DNA of 64,000 bases, taken from positions 61,380,001 through 61,444,000 of the forward strand of contig CM052828.1 of assembly GCA_028534125.1 (NCBI GenBank). The letters run 5' to 3'. The translations under genes were made by a program, and so were the position numbers. Of the stretch, positions 1 to 11,300 are shown piece after piece. Source of the stretch: Lama glama. Taxonomy: Eukaryota. The notes under the pieces are model-generated. The model searched no databases and was not told where the DNA came from. It saw only the letters and a list, made by a program, of their open reading frames with translations. Numbering within the stretch: position 1 is the first letter of the stretch; the number at the start of each line of letters is the position of its first letter.

Positions 1-69
1 ATCCTCCCCCTGCCAGACGGGGGTTCTCCACGTGGACTCGGCTCAGGGCCACACCTTTGGACACGCTCG

Positions 70-443
70 GTGTTTCCAGTCTGAGCTGGGTGGCTGGCAC
101 TGCCCCAGCAGATGCCGGTGGCAGGGCCCTCACAGCGGAGATCCGCTTTCTGGCTCTGAGGCCTGGAGGTCCAGTATTGGGTGTAGGGGGGGCTGGTTAT
201 CCCGGGCCTCTCTCCTTGGCCGGCAGCAGCAGTCTCCTCCCAGTGTCCTCACGTGGCCATCCTCCACGTGTCTGTGTCCTGACCTCTTCTTAGAAGGACG
301 CCAGTCAGACTGGCTCAGGGCTACCCTCGTGCTCTCGCGTAACTTTAATCACCTCTTTATGCCTTGAAATGCAGCCACATTCTGGGGTCCTGGGAGTGAG
401 GACACCACACGAGTGTTCAGGGGACAGACTTCGGCCCCTAACA
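70..443 (-). mobile_element. Degenerate MaLR (MLT1-like) LTR
   Basis: Recognised motifs ctcttcttagaaggacgccagtcagactgg...ccacattctggggtcctgggag...cggcccctaaca; from memory of the family, not searched. Confidence 0.6.
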
Positions 444-1104
444 CAGCCTCACAGACAATTTCTCCCACCCTGCTCAGCAGTTCTCTCCTCCCCACCCGAG
501 ACCACAGGCACAAGTCACAGCAGGTGCTTCCCCCAGCACCCAGCCGACAGCCCTTAAATGTTCAGAATGAAGCAAATGTGACTAATTCCCTTTTTCCACA
601 TGCACATCCTCCCTTGAACAAGGCCACCCAGCCAGGTGGCTGGTGCAGGTCCCGCCATGGTGCCCAGGGACAGGGACGTGGCTCAGAGGCTCTGCTCCTG
701 GTGTCAGGGTGACAGACGCAGCCAGGCTGGTGGGAAGCCAGGACAGCTCCTCTCTGGGTAGCAGGTTTCTGGAGACAGAGCCAGTGGACACAGACTGGGC
801 CCCAAAAGCCCACCCCCCTCAAGCTGGACGCATCTCCGTCCACACTGGAGGTTTCCAGTAGGACACCTTCCCATGGCCCTGAGATGCCAACTCCACACCT
901 TTCCATCCCAGGAAACATCGTGATTTCCAGCTCAGCCCAAAGCCCTACAGCTGGACCCCCCGTCACCAAGGGACCTCACCTGCCATTGAGGGGCCCCCAC
1001 CTGTCGTCAGGGCACATCACGCAGCAGCCCACCTACCCCTCCACCACACACCCCTGTCTCCCACGTGTGCATGGCCAGCGGGCATGCCTGTGAAACCAAG
1101 CCAG

Positions 1105-2280
1105 TCTCAGAAAGAATAAAACGTCTATTTTAATTGACCAGTAAAATACATTGCAAATCATTAGTATCTTATAAACAGAAACATTAAGTTATAAATCCAT
1201 GTTAAAAATTGCAGTTTTGTGCAGCCTAATAGCTATGTGTCCCAAGTTTCTTTTTTGCAACATTTTCCACCATTTTTGTGAGAACAGGTAACGCCACTGT
1301 GAGTCTGAACACAGTACCTGCAAAAGGCAGACAGAGGGCACAGGCCCCTGGTCCTCCATGTCTGAACAGGGCTCGCCAAAAGCCGTGAGGGCCGCTGGGG
1401 GGAAGTCAGCAACAGCTGGGGGCTGATGGCTGCATCCCGAGGCAGGACCCCGACTCCAGTGCAAAGCAGTGCTCGCAGCCTTCAGGGCTTCAGAGAGACG
1501 TGCTCCCGGCTCAGGTGTCTGCACCCCACGGGCCCAGGGCTCCACCCCTCCCTCTGTTTTCTCTGAGGACCTTTGTTTGGCTGCCGTGAGACACCTCTGT
1601 TCCCTTCTTCGTCCTCTGGGGGTATCCCAACCCCCTGAAAGGAGCAGGTTTGGATGCTCTGAGTTACTTGATGTCAAGGAGCTAATTAAAAAGTCCTTTA
1701 AGAACGTTAAGAAAACCAGCTTGAAAATAATGTGCATTCTATGTGTACAGTCTCCCCAGACGTCCACTGGGGCAGCGAACGTGGGTTCTACTTTCAGCCC
1801 CACTGGCAGCAAACAACACCAGTCTGCTTGGTGTGGGGGCTGGGTGGACACCCAGCTCAGCCCGTCACCGGCTCCTGTGGCTGCTGGGGCAGGAGGCTCA
1901 TAGGACAAGAGTGATGCTAACAGTGTCCAGCTGAGTCGAGGCCGAGCGCTAGAGAGTGCGGCCCCCCAGAGACCAGCAGGGGCGAGAGTGCACAGGACGC
2001 AGGAACACATGCTCTGCAGAGGACGTGCAGTCCCCAGCACCTGTTCCAGAGAGGCCAGCTCGGGTCCCCTGCCTGGGTGGAATCAGGTGCACAGCTACTC
2101 CGGCAGCCGCCCAGGAGTCCTGGAAATTCACGAGCTCAACGCCTGCCGTCTTGTGAGCGGCTGGAGTGCGGACCCCTCACCGGCTCCCGCCACTCCCGGG
2201 GCGATTCTCCCTCCTCCTTCCCAAGCATGGGCCTCCCTGGTGCGGCTCAGGGGCGTCCTGGGCCGGGCGTCCTGGAGGCT
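1105..2280 (-). other. RASA3: RASA3 3' UTR (3' end approximate)
   Basis: Follows the stop codon. AT-rich blocks at about 1110-1280 and 1680-1750; ends shortly after an ATTAAA. Confidence 0.75.
1129..1134 (-). terminator. Polyadenylation signal ATTAAA
   Basis: On the minus strand: TGTA (1147-1150) upstream, ATTAAA, then a T-rich tract and GT-rich downstream sequence (tggcttggtttc). Confidence 0.7.
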
Positions 2281-2356
2281 TCACATGGTATGGGTGGGGA
2301 TCTCAGATTGCTGCCTGATGTAGCTCTGGAAGCTCTTGTCTCCAATGGGGTGCTCC
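2281..2356 (-). CDS. RASA3: RASA3 exon 24 coding part (76 nt incl. TGA), canonical acceptor
   Basis: ccgcag|GGAGCAC...ATG TGA; [24 protein letters not shown], matches the orthologous C-terminus in length. Confidence 0.93.
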
Positions 2357-5300
2357 CTGCGGGGAAGCGGGGAGGAGAGGGTGAAGGCGGGTCAGGTCAC
2401 GGTGTGCGCACGCGTGGAGCAGGGGAGTCTTGTCTCCAATGGGGTGCTCCCTGCGGGGGAGCGGGGAAGAGAGGGTGAGGGCGGGTCACGGTGTGCCCAC
2501 ACGTGGAGCGGGGGAGTGGGAGTGGATGGCGCTCGGGCACAGTGGCACCCACGGGAAGTGTTCAGCATGGTGGCTCTGCCACGTTTAAGAAAAGGCAGCA
2601 TTTCTAGAAGGTCGACATGGGTTCTCTCGATAGAGGCTGTTAAGGGGCCTGGAATGTGATGTGAACGTTTGTGGAGCTGGGAGCAGAGATGGGGCAGTGT
2701 CCCTGGGGCCTCTCAGCATCCCGGGCAGCCTGGCCAGAGGTGGGGTCTCTTCCAGAGTCCTCACTTCCCTTCCCTGCCAGACCAAACCCAGGTCTCCCTG
2801 GAAGGAAGGAGGAGGGAGGGAGGAGGGAGGCAGAGGGTCTGGAGGGGCCGCACCGGGACACTGAGCGGCAGGCCTGGAGGTTGAAGTGAGACCCTGCTCT
2901 GAAGCAGGCAGGGGTCTGAGGCAGCCGCTCCCTGGCTCCCCGACATACTCACTGGCTCCCATACTTGGTTTTCTTGAACTTGTCCCGTTTGTACTGCGCG
3001 TGCTCCTGCTCCAAGGCCCCGACCCCAGCGATGACCTGCCTCAGGGTCTTGTAGGTCTCCTGGGGGTCGTCAATGATGAACGTGGAGTACTCCTCCTGCT
3101 CCGGCCCGTCGTACACGGACCTGCTCCCACAGGCCTCTGCGCGTCGGGGAGAGGCGGAGGTCAGCGCTGGGAGCCCAGGCAGGCGGCCCCAGAGCTGCAT
3201 GGGGACGGGCTGACCGTTCGTGCACATGCACACAAAGCAGAGCCACTCCAGGAGCTGGCTCATGCTGAACCCGAGTCCCTGAGGGTCCGACGTCCTGAGC
3301 GCCAGGGCCAGCCCTTCTCCAGGTGACCTGGCTCTGTCCACGCCCACCGGCTCCCCAAGCCAGAACAGGCAGACATCTGTCTGCTCCTGGGCCCAGGGTC
3401 AGTCTGGGGAGATGAACTTGAGGAAAGGGGTGCCGAGCTCCACCCAACACTCGTGAGGACGCCCCACGGCTGGACAAGCGGGGCACACGGTGGACAAGGA
3501 GCCGTCCTTGTGGGGCCACCTCTCAGCCAGTCTGCACCAGCAGCTCCCTAGGACCTCTGTCCCCCCACCTCTCAGCAGGTAAGTCTCTCATCAGACCTCC
3601 TCACTCCTGCCAAAGACCACACGGTGGCCTCTGGGCGCCCACCTGTCTGCTAACCCCTGAGCTGAGTCCTGTACTCTGGGGCCTCGGTGAGCCAGCATCA
3701 GGCCCCCCACCCTCGTCTGCAGCGTGTGCTAGTTCATCGCCACAGAGAGCTTCACTGTCTTTAAATCCAGCTCGGGGGAAAGCTCTTCTTACTGGAAAAC
3801 CTCAAGTTTGTGCAAAGGGAAACTGGGAAGATTCAAAACTTCAAAGGAAAGGGGGTTCCTCACATGAGGAGTAAAGGAGTGGCGACCCGGGGCAACCGGG
3901 GCGAGTGAGCCGCACAGGGTGAGGTCCCGGAGCCAAGCGGCCCTGGCTACCTGCCTGGAGCCCCACTGGTTGTGATGACCAGGCCCCGGCAAGGCCCTCA
4001 AGCTCCAGAGCCTCAGGGATCCCTCTGGGAAGTGGGGGCCACTGAGAGACAGGACAGGAGTCACCGAAGGACCAAGACCCCAAGGTGGGGCGGGACGGGG
4101 TGCCAGCTGCAAGACCCCGGCCGACTCAGCTCTGGGCACTGTGCAGACCGCTTCACAGGGCTGTGTTATAAAACCCTTGGATCAGCCCGGCAAGGTGGGG
4201 GTGGTGCGGCCCGCTCCTCAGGGAGGAGGTCAGGGCTCCCCAGCGTCGATGTGCCGTAGGTCTCGTAGCAGGTGGCAGGCTGGCTCTGAAGGAGACCCGT
4301 GCGTCCTGGTGAGGCCCGTCCCAGGGCACCAAGGAGCGTGGACGGGGGAGGGGTGCTGGGAGAGGCCCCGGATTAGTGGGAGGGAGCAGTTTCTAATTTT
4401 GCAAACATGAAGAAGGGAGGACCCACGGCCAGCGTCAGAGGAAGGCTCGCGACTGGACCGCTGAACAGACTGCGAGCATGATGAGGACCAGACGGCACAA
4501 GCACACCCACTTCCTCTTCACGGCTTCCTGAAACTAAGGCTGGGAACCACTGGAGAGCGCGCGCTCACGCCAGCTCGGCCAGCAGCCTGTGACCGAGGAG
4601 CATACCTTGATGAGGTGGCAACGCGGCACCAAGACCTTCACCGCCCAGATGGGTCTACGTCCTGTCATCTCTGCAGAAGCCCCACATGTCCCAGGGCCCT
4701 GCCTGCGCCCCAAGAGCTACCGCAACTTGGGACGCTGGCCCTCACCTTGCATCTTCTCCAGTCTGCTCATGTACAAGCTGAAGAGGGAGGAGATGCGCTC
4801 CGTCTCCCGGTCCCCGTCGATGTCCAGCTGGATGTTGGCTGGGAGGCCGCTGCCCGAGCACCCCAAGAACATACGAGGGAAGTGTGAGTCGTCACGATAC
4901 AGACTATTTAAAGGTCACTCAAGATGGTAGAGGGACCTGGTGCTGCTCTTGTCCCGGACCAGGGCTGGGGCATTGGTCACGAGCATTTGGAAGTGACCAC
5001 CCACAGCCTTGGAGGTACCCACAGACTTGCCCAGACCTTTCTGCCACAAATAGTACAGACGCCCTGGTTGTGCGCCCTGAAGGGCGGTGGGCTGCCCAGG
5101 AGGGGTCGGTCCCTGTCCCCCGAGAGGCTGTGTGGGCCTCTGCTCCTGCCCCCACCCCAGCGCAGCCTCTAGGGGCAGCGGGACCCAACAGACGTTTATC
5201 CCGCGTCTCAGCTTCAGTGAAGCCGCGTCCCCTGTTCCCCCCTCAAGGCTGTGGGGAGGTCTGTCACTGTTCTCACAAGTCACATGGGGCTCGGGCGCCC

Positions 5301-8300
5301 AGGCCTACCCCCAGGACTGGCAGAGATGAACCCTCAGGAGGCCCAGCCGCCTCCGTTTCTGAAAGAGGGAGGGGGGTGCGCAGATGTTGGCGGGGAACTG
5401 AAGGCAGTGTGAGCAGGATGGTGGAAACTTCTAGACTCTTCTTGGAAGAAACAAGGCAGCACCCTCTCTGGGCCTTCTCCCTGCATGGAGACCCTCCTCC
5501 ACTGCCCACGCCCTCCTCGAGGACGGCCCGGACCCCCGGCAGAGCGCCCGAGGTCTGCGTGGAGCCTTCGCGGGCAGAGTCTCCTGATCGTGGGGAGAAC
5601 TGCCTCGGAGGCTCGGCCTCGCATGCAGCTGCCCAGTGGGCGGGGCTGCGTTTTAGCTCCAGTGCCGGCCCTTGGCCAAGCCTCCCAGTACACTTCACAA
5701 GCTGGACAACCGTGCCAGGCTGCACTGGGCATCTGAGAGGCACCGACCTACCCGGTGCAGGGGGTGCAGCCGGTGGCTGTGTCCGAGGAGGCCCTGCAGC
5801 ATAGCCAGTGGCCGTTGAGGTAGGCGGACGGGTGGTAGACTGTGAGCCGCTTCTGGTTGCACTGGCTCACTTTGGTGAGGATGTCAATCCAGGCCTTGGC
5901 CTCCACGCAGTTGTTGGCCTGGATGTACAATGCCCGCTCAGGCTGGATGACCTGGAACATCTGCGGGGAGACGGGGACTCAGGGGCCGCACAGCAAACCC
6001 TCCCGCCCCCCTCGCCCACTCCAGGCAGGTGTTACCTCCCCTGTGAGGCTTCTCAGAGTCTCCACTGCCTTTTGTATTTCTTACTCATTCAACAAACATT
6101 CCTGAGTAACTTGCAGTGTCCTGGGGACATAGTGGTCCAAACATCCTGCCCTTGTCAGCTTGCAGCCAGCAAGAAGGACAATAATGAACACAAAGTGCGG
6201 GGACTGTGTGAGGGTGAAGACCTAACGGGGGGTGGGCAGAGCCCTCCAAATAAACGATCCCCCAGCTGAGATCAGAAGGACGACCCAGGGTTCATTAAGC
6301 TGAGTGGGGAAAGCAGGGGTGTAAAGCCAGCAGCATGGGCAGTAGGTGTAAAGGCCCTGGGGCCAGGAGGGTTGGGCACTCCCAGCAGAAGCTGGCCAGG
6401 CTGCACACAGAGACGAGGCTGAGCAAGGGGGCTGGCAAGCCAGTGCCCTGGCAGGGCTGTGGGGGCTGGACTTGCCAGGAGTCAGGACAGCAAAGTCCAT
6501 GGTGGCCTTCTGCAAGGGGGGTGGTGTGCACCCAGAGGAGAACAGGATTGGGGGGACTCCAGGAGGAGTCTGAGTCCAAGTTCCCAAGTAAATAGCCAGG
6601 ACTCATTCAGAGATCGGAGGCTCCGCCCCCTACCGCACCCACACATGCACTGTTGCACAGGCCGCACACTGCACACTCCATGTGAGGCTGCAATCCCCAA
6701 AGGAGGGCAAGACTCTAGAAGGAAGCATTTTGTTCTGACTGTCCTCACAGGCTGGCCCCTCTGACAGGGCTTGGCACACAGCAGGCCTTGGAAAATGACT
6801 CTCAAATGGAAGAGGAGGTTGTCCTGGTAGTCAGCGTCGTGGAAGGCTGCCTCTGAGGTAGGCAGCAGAAGAAACAGGCTGACGAAGAAGTGCTCAGATT
6901 AGGGGGTTATTCTCAACCCGATGGAATGAAGCCACTCACGCTGCTTCTAGAGTGCTCCCCACACTGGGTCCTTCTGCGGACGTTGGGGCCGTAGCCCACA
7001 GAGCCCCCATGCGGGGTTGGGGGAGTGATATCAGGCCCAGGGACGCCCGAGGTGAGGTGCCAGGGAGTCAACTTCCCTGAGGTCCAGAAAAGCGCCCCAG
7101 CCTAGCCACACGGTCGTCAGCTGGCCCAAGAAGTCGCCCAGAAGCCCAGGTATGAAGCCAGCGCAGGGCGCTGCACTGGGGCTGCCGTCTGTGGGCCGTG
7201 CTGGCCAGCCTGGGGCTCCCTCCAACAGTCCAGCAAGCACTGCCCTCCGGGGACCGTGGGGCCAAGACCAGCCCCGGCCAGACGAGCAGATCCCCAGTGG
7301 CCACAGGCACCTACTGAACACCAGACCATCCGGGGTACCCACGAGCACAAGCCAGATGGACACCAGGACCCTGAAGAGGGTGAGTGGTCAGCTGCTGGGG
7401 GCTGGGGGCCTGTGGCTGCTGGAGCGCGTGGCTCTGGGGGAGAGCCGTCCTCCCAGCGAGCGGTCGCTGGGGGCTCCTGGGGCAGGAGAAGGTTCAAGGG
7501 CAGTACAGAGCTGCCTGACACTGTCCTCAGCAGGGAGAACACGTTGTGGGGCCGCCCCTCCGCCCACTACAGCCCTCGGCACAGGAGGAGTGGTCCTCCA
7601 GCCTGGGACCACTTGGGAGTGCTCTCTCCCACGATGCTGGGCGGGCGGAGACCACACGGCCTGCAAACCCTCAGCCCGGTCACAGTCACGGTTTCTTTAA
7701 AGCTGGGAGACCAGGGATGATCGGCAGGATTCCACGTCTGGACTACGATTTGTTATTTCGTACTTATAGCCCGACGGTGCTTCGAAGAAGACTGCATGTG
7801 ACTTACGTGAAATATAGCTAATGAAGTTGAAAAACATAAAAAACATTTAGAAAACTAGGAAGAGAGAAGCAGAAATGGAGAGAGACTGGGAAGAAGGAAG
7901 AGCTAAGAGTGCAGGTTTTCCGATGGAAACAGAGCCCAGAAAAGCCCCTGGATCAGGCTCCGCACTGAGTGCCATGGGGGGTGCTCCCAGTTACTGCACC
8001 AGCCTGAGGCTGAGGCTGCTGGGAACTTCCGTCCCCCTACAGAGACCAGGCCTGCGCCCACAGAGCAAGGTCGTCCCCACCAGGGGTGAAGCCTGTGCTC
8101 TCCCTTGGAGCCTCGTGGAGGGGGCAGGAGAGGATGCAGCGGCCTGTTTCCTCCCTGACAGCCTTTGGAGGTGCTCGGTGATCAGGAAATGCAGACACCT
8201 CCCGTCGGGTCCCCACAACACTGGGGAAGCGAGCACACAGCTGGGAACCCCAAAGCTGTGGGTGTGTGAATGGCCAGAAGCGGGCCTGATGTGAGGGCTC

Positions 8301-11300
8301 TCCCACAGCCTCGGTCCAAAGTCTGACTTTGAAAAGACTGAAATAACCAGCAGGCACACACTCTTGCCGGGTCAGGCCACACGTGGGTCCCCACAGACGT
8401 GGACCAGGCTCACACTTCAGTGGGGCCCAACCGTGTGTATGGGGTGTGCCTGGATCGGGGAGCTATTCCCATGGCCAGTCTTGGCCATGTGAGCATCTAC
8501 ATGGTAACACCTGTGAGAGACTCAGCCCCTGAGAGTAAAACGGAGACCTGGGGGCCTCATGGCCCAACCAACACATGGGTAGACCTCCACGGGGGAAGAG
8601 AGCTCCCGCGGGAGGCAGCCGGCAGACGCAGCGAAGGGTGAAGGAGTCAGGAGCCGTGTGGGTGGGCAAGGGCACAGCTGACTCGGTGCAGTGTGTCCCT
8701 GAGAGCGCCTGCCCAACCGAGGGACCACGGGCCCCCGACACGAGTCACCAGCACGTGTGCCACCTTGTGAACCTCTCGATAAAACACATCACCAGAACCT
8801 GCTGCCGCTGACGACCTGACACCCAAACTGAGGGCTGCCCCCAAACTCTGGCCTATCTGCTTGTGGCTGAGTCCGCGAAACACAGAGAAGAGCTGAGGAG
8901 TGTTCCAGATTAAGGAGACGGCAGAGAACTAAGTACTAGCTGCTGACCTGGGAAAACAGCGGCTCAAAGGCCGTGACTGGATGTGGACTAGGGATAACGC
9001 CACATCAGCGCAGGGCGTTCTGATCCCGGGGACTACAGGGTCACGGAAAAGGACATCCTCACTTGTAGGACGTGGTTCAGGGAAAACACACACATTCTAC
9101 GCAGAGAGAGACGAGGAGGGCATGACACAACTCAGCAGGTGGACAAATGCAAACAACCAGCCTTACTCTATTCTCAGAACTTTCCCATAAATTGAAAACT
9201 AGATCTGAATGAACAGCAGGCCCCAGCTGACCCTGGTGGAGGGTGGGGGCTGCTTGCTCCAAGGTTCGGACGTGGAACCACACGGCGCCTGGTGGACACC
9301 CAGGGACTGCGCACCCTGAGAGAGGACGCGGGAGGCAGGGCGGTGGTGGGAGGCGCAGGGCAGGGCAGTGGTGACTCACGTTCTTCATCTTGAAGGACTC
9401 CTCCTCCAGCGTCTCCACTGCCAGGATGTTCTCGATGGGGATGCTGCAGAGGGGCGGGTCTCCTGTGCATGGGGGGGCTGCCTGTGAGCAGGCCAGTCTC
9501 CCTCTCAGGGTCTCACACCCGCCCCCGACAGGACCTGCGTCCACAGGGCCGCCCTGGCTCCAGGAACCATGTCCGCACGCTTTTGTGGGGAGAGAGCACC
9601 TCCTTGGGGCCCCACGATCTAGGTCTGAGACCTTGGTTCCCATATGTGGCCCCGGAGGGCGACAGCCTCGGCCCACATCTGCCAAGGCCACGCTGGCAGA
9701 GCCCCACCTCCCCCATGAGGAGCCGCTCAACCCGGATGCAGGTGGTGACCCAGTAGAGACTGAGACAATAAAATACGTAAATTTTATTCCTTGGAATAAA
9801 ATACGTGAAAACAAGTAAAAAGCAAACTTTTCTTGTTACCTTTGTTTTTCTGGTAGGTAAATTCATGGTTTGTCAAGCGGAACCATCTTTTCTTAAAATT
9901 CTTCATCCCAAAGCGTTTTCGGCCCTGTGCCCTCTTAATCATGAACCTGGTGGGAACAGGACACGCCGGTGGGGCACATCCCCAGCCCCCGCCCTCCCCA
10001 GCAGCCCAGAGTCACGCAGGCAAAACGACTCTCCACTTCCGTACCTGGGAGACTCCATGCAGGCTGCAGGGTTTCAGTACCTTATAATTTTGTTTCCAAG
10101 TGACAGGATTTAAAAATCAAAAGGCAAATGCCGCTACTTTTGAAGTTTAGCCCCTACGCTGGTGTCAGGTTCAAGTCACAAGCCGACGATGCCAGTGGTC
10201 TACCAGCACTCCACTGACGCGGCCCCCGCCCACCCCCACCCTGAAACATGGGCAAGAGTTGCTCCCAAGGAAAGTGCGGGCAGCAGGCCCACAGCCGTGG
10301 CAGGCTGTTCCCAAAGCAGAGACCGGCGACTGGGTCTCTGGGCTCTGTGCCCTGACGGGAGCCCCTCCAGAGGGAGGGGCTGATGGGAGCAGACGGGCCC
10401 CTGGACTTGGGTGGGTGTGGGCAGCCCAGCAGGAGCACCTGACAGTCCCTCTACCCACCCCCTTGCTCCCGGGAGAGCATCTCTCCACCCGCAGGTCCGG
10501 CAGAGAACAGGCCCAGGGGAGTGACCCCTGCGTCTCAGACAAGCTCTGGGGCAGGCCTGGTGCGTTTCAGAGACGGGTCTGGGCGGCCTCTGACTGGACA
10601 GACTGAGAACCCCGCCCTGCCTCTCCCGCTGGCCTACCCTTCCTTAAGCAGGATGGGTTGCTGCACACTCTTGGGGTCTCTTCTCCCAGAGGATGAGATC
10701 AAATCTAAGAACTAAACGTGGGAAAGAAATCAGATCATTAAAAGGGGAACCAGCATGCCTGAATATGTCCGCTCCTGGGCAGCATGGCTCTAGGGGTGCT
10801 TTGTGTCTCTTTCTGGCCCCAGAGAAGAGAGCGCTCTGGGGTGTGGTGCTAGGGTAGGGGTCCCACCCTGGTCTCCACTAGGGCTGAGTAGCTTCTGGCC
10901 CCCACCTGAGTGCACCCGCGGCTGGTGCAGCACCTGGAAGGCTGCCAGGCTTCAGGCGACACCGGGAGGTCCCCAGCATTTGTCAGGTGACCCCCGAATG
11001 CACTTCTAGTGGAGTTTGAAGCAGCCCTGCTGCACGCAACCCTACCCCAGGTTCTGCTGCTCATGTCCCACGACCGGTCTGGGTTCCTTCCACCCACTTA
11101 GCTGCCTCAGCTCCTCCCCTGCCCTCCCCTGGACACAGTTTTTATGATTTGAGAGCCAAATATGTGAGACTGCTTCTAAATAGGAGAAACAAGGAAAGCT
11201 CTAGGACCCAGAGAGATACTATGGGAGGGCTGAGTCCCTAACTCTGGGTCTGGGGTCCTGGGTGCTCGGGGCGGGGGCACCAGGAGCACACAGCCAGGAC

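Noticed and set aside
1115-1120. AATAAA on the plus strand
   Set aside because: Better explained as the T-rich element downstream of the RASA3 minus-strand signal; no plus-strand gene evidence.
1189-2040. 283-aa minus-strand ORF
   Set aside because: Lies in the RASA3 3' UTR, starts at GTG and has no recognisable domain; chance ORF.
4884-5804. 306-aa plus-strand ORF and the many similar Pro/Gly/Arg/Ala-rich ORFs in the track
   Set aside because: Expected from stop-codon scarcity in GC-rich introns; no homology or exon structure.
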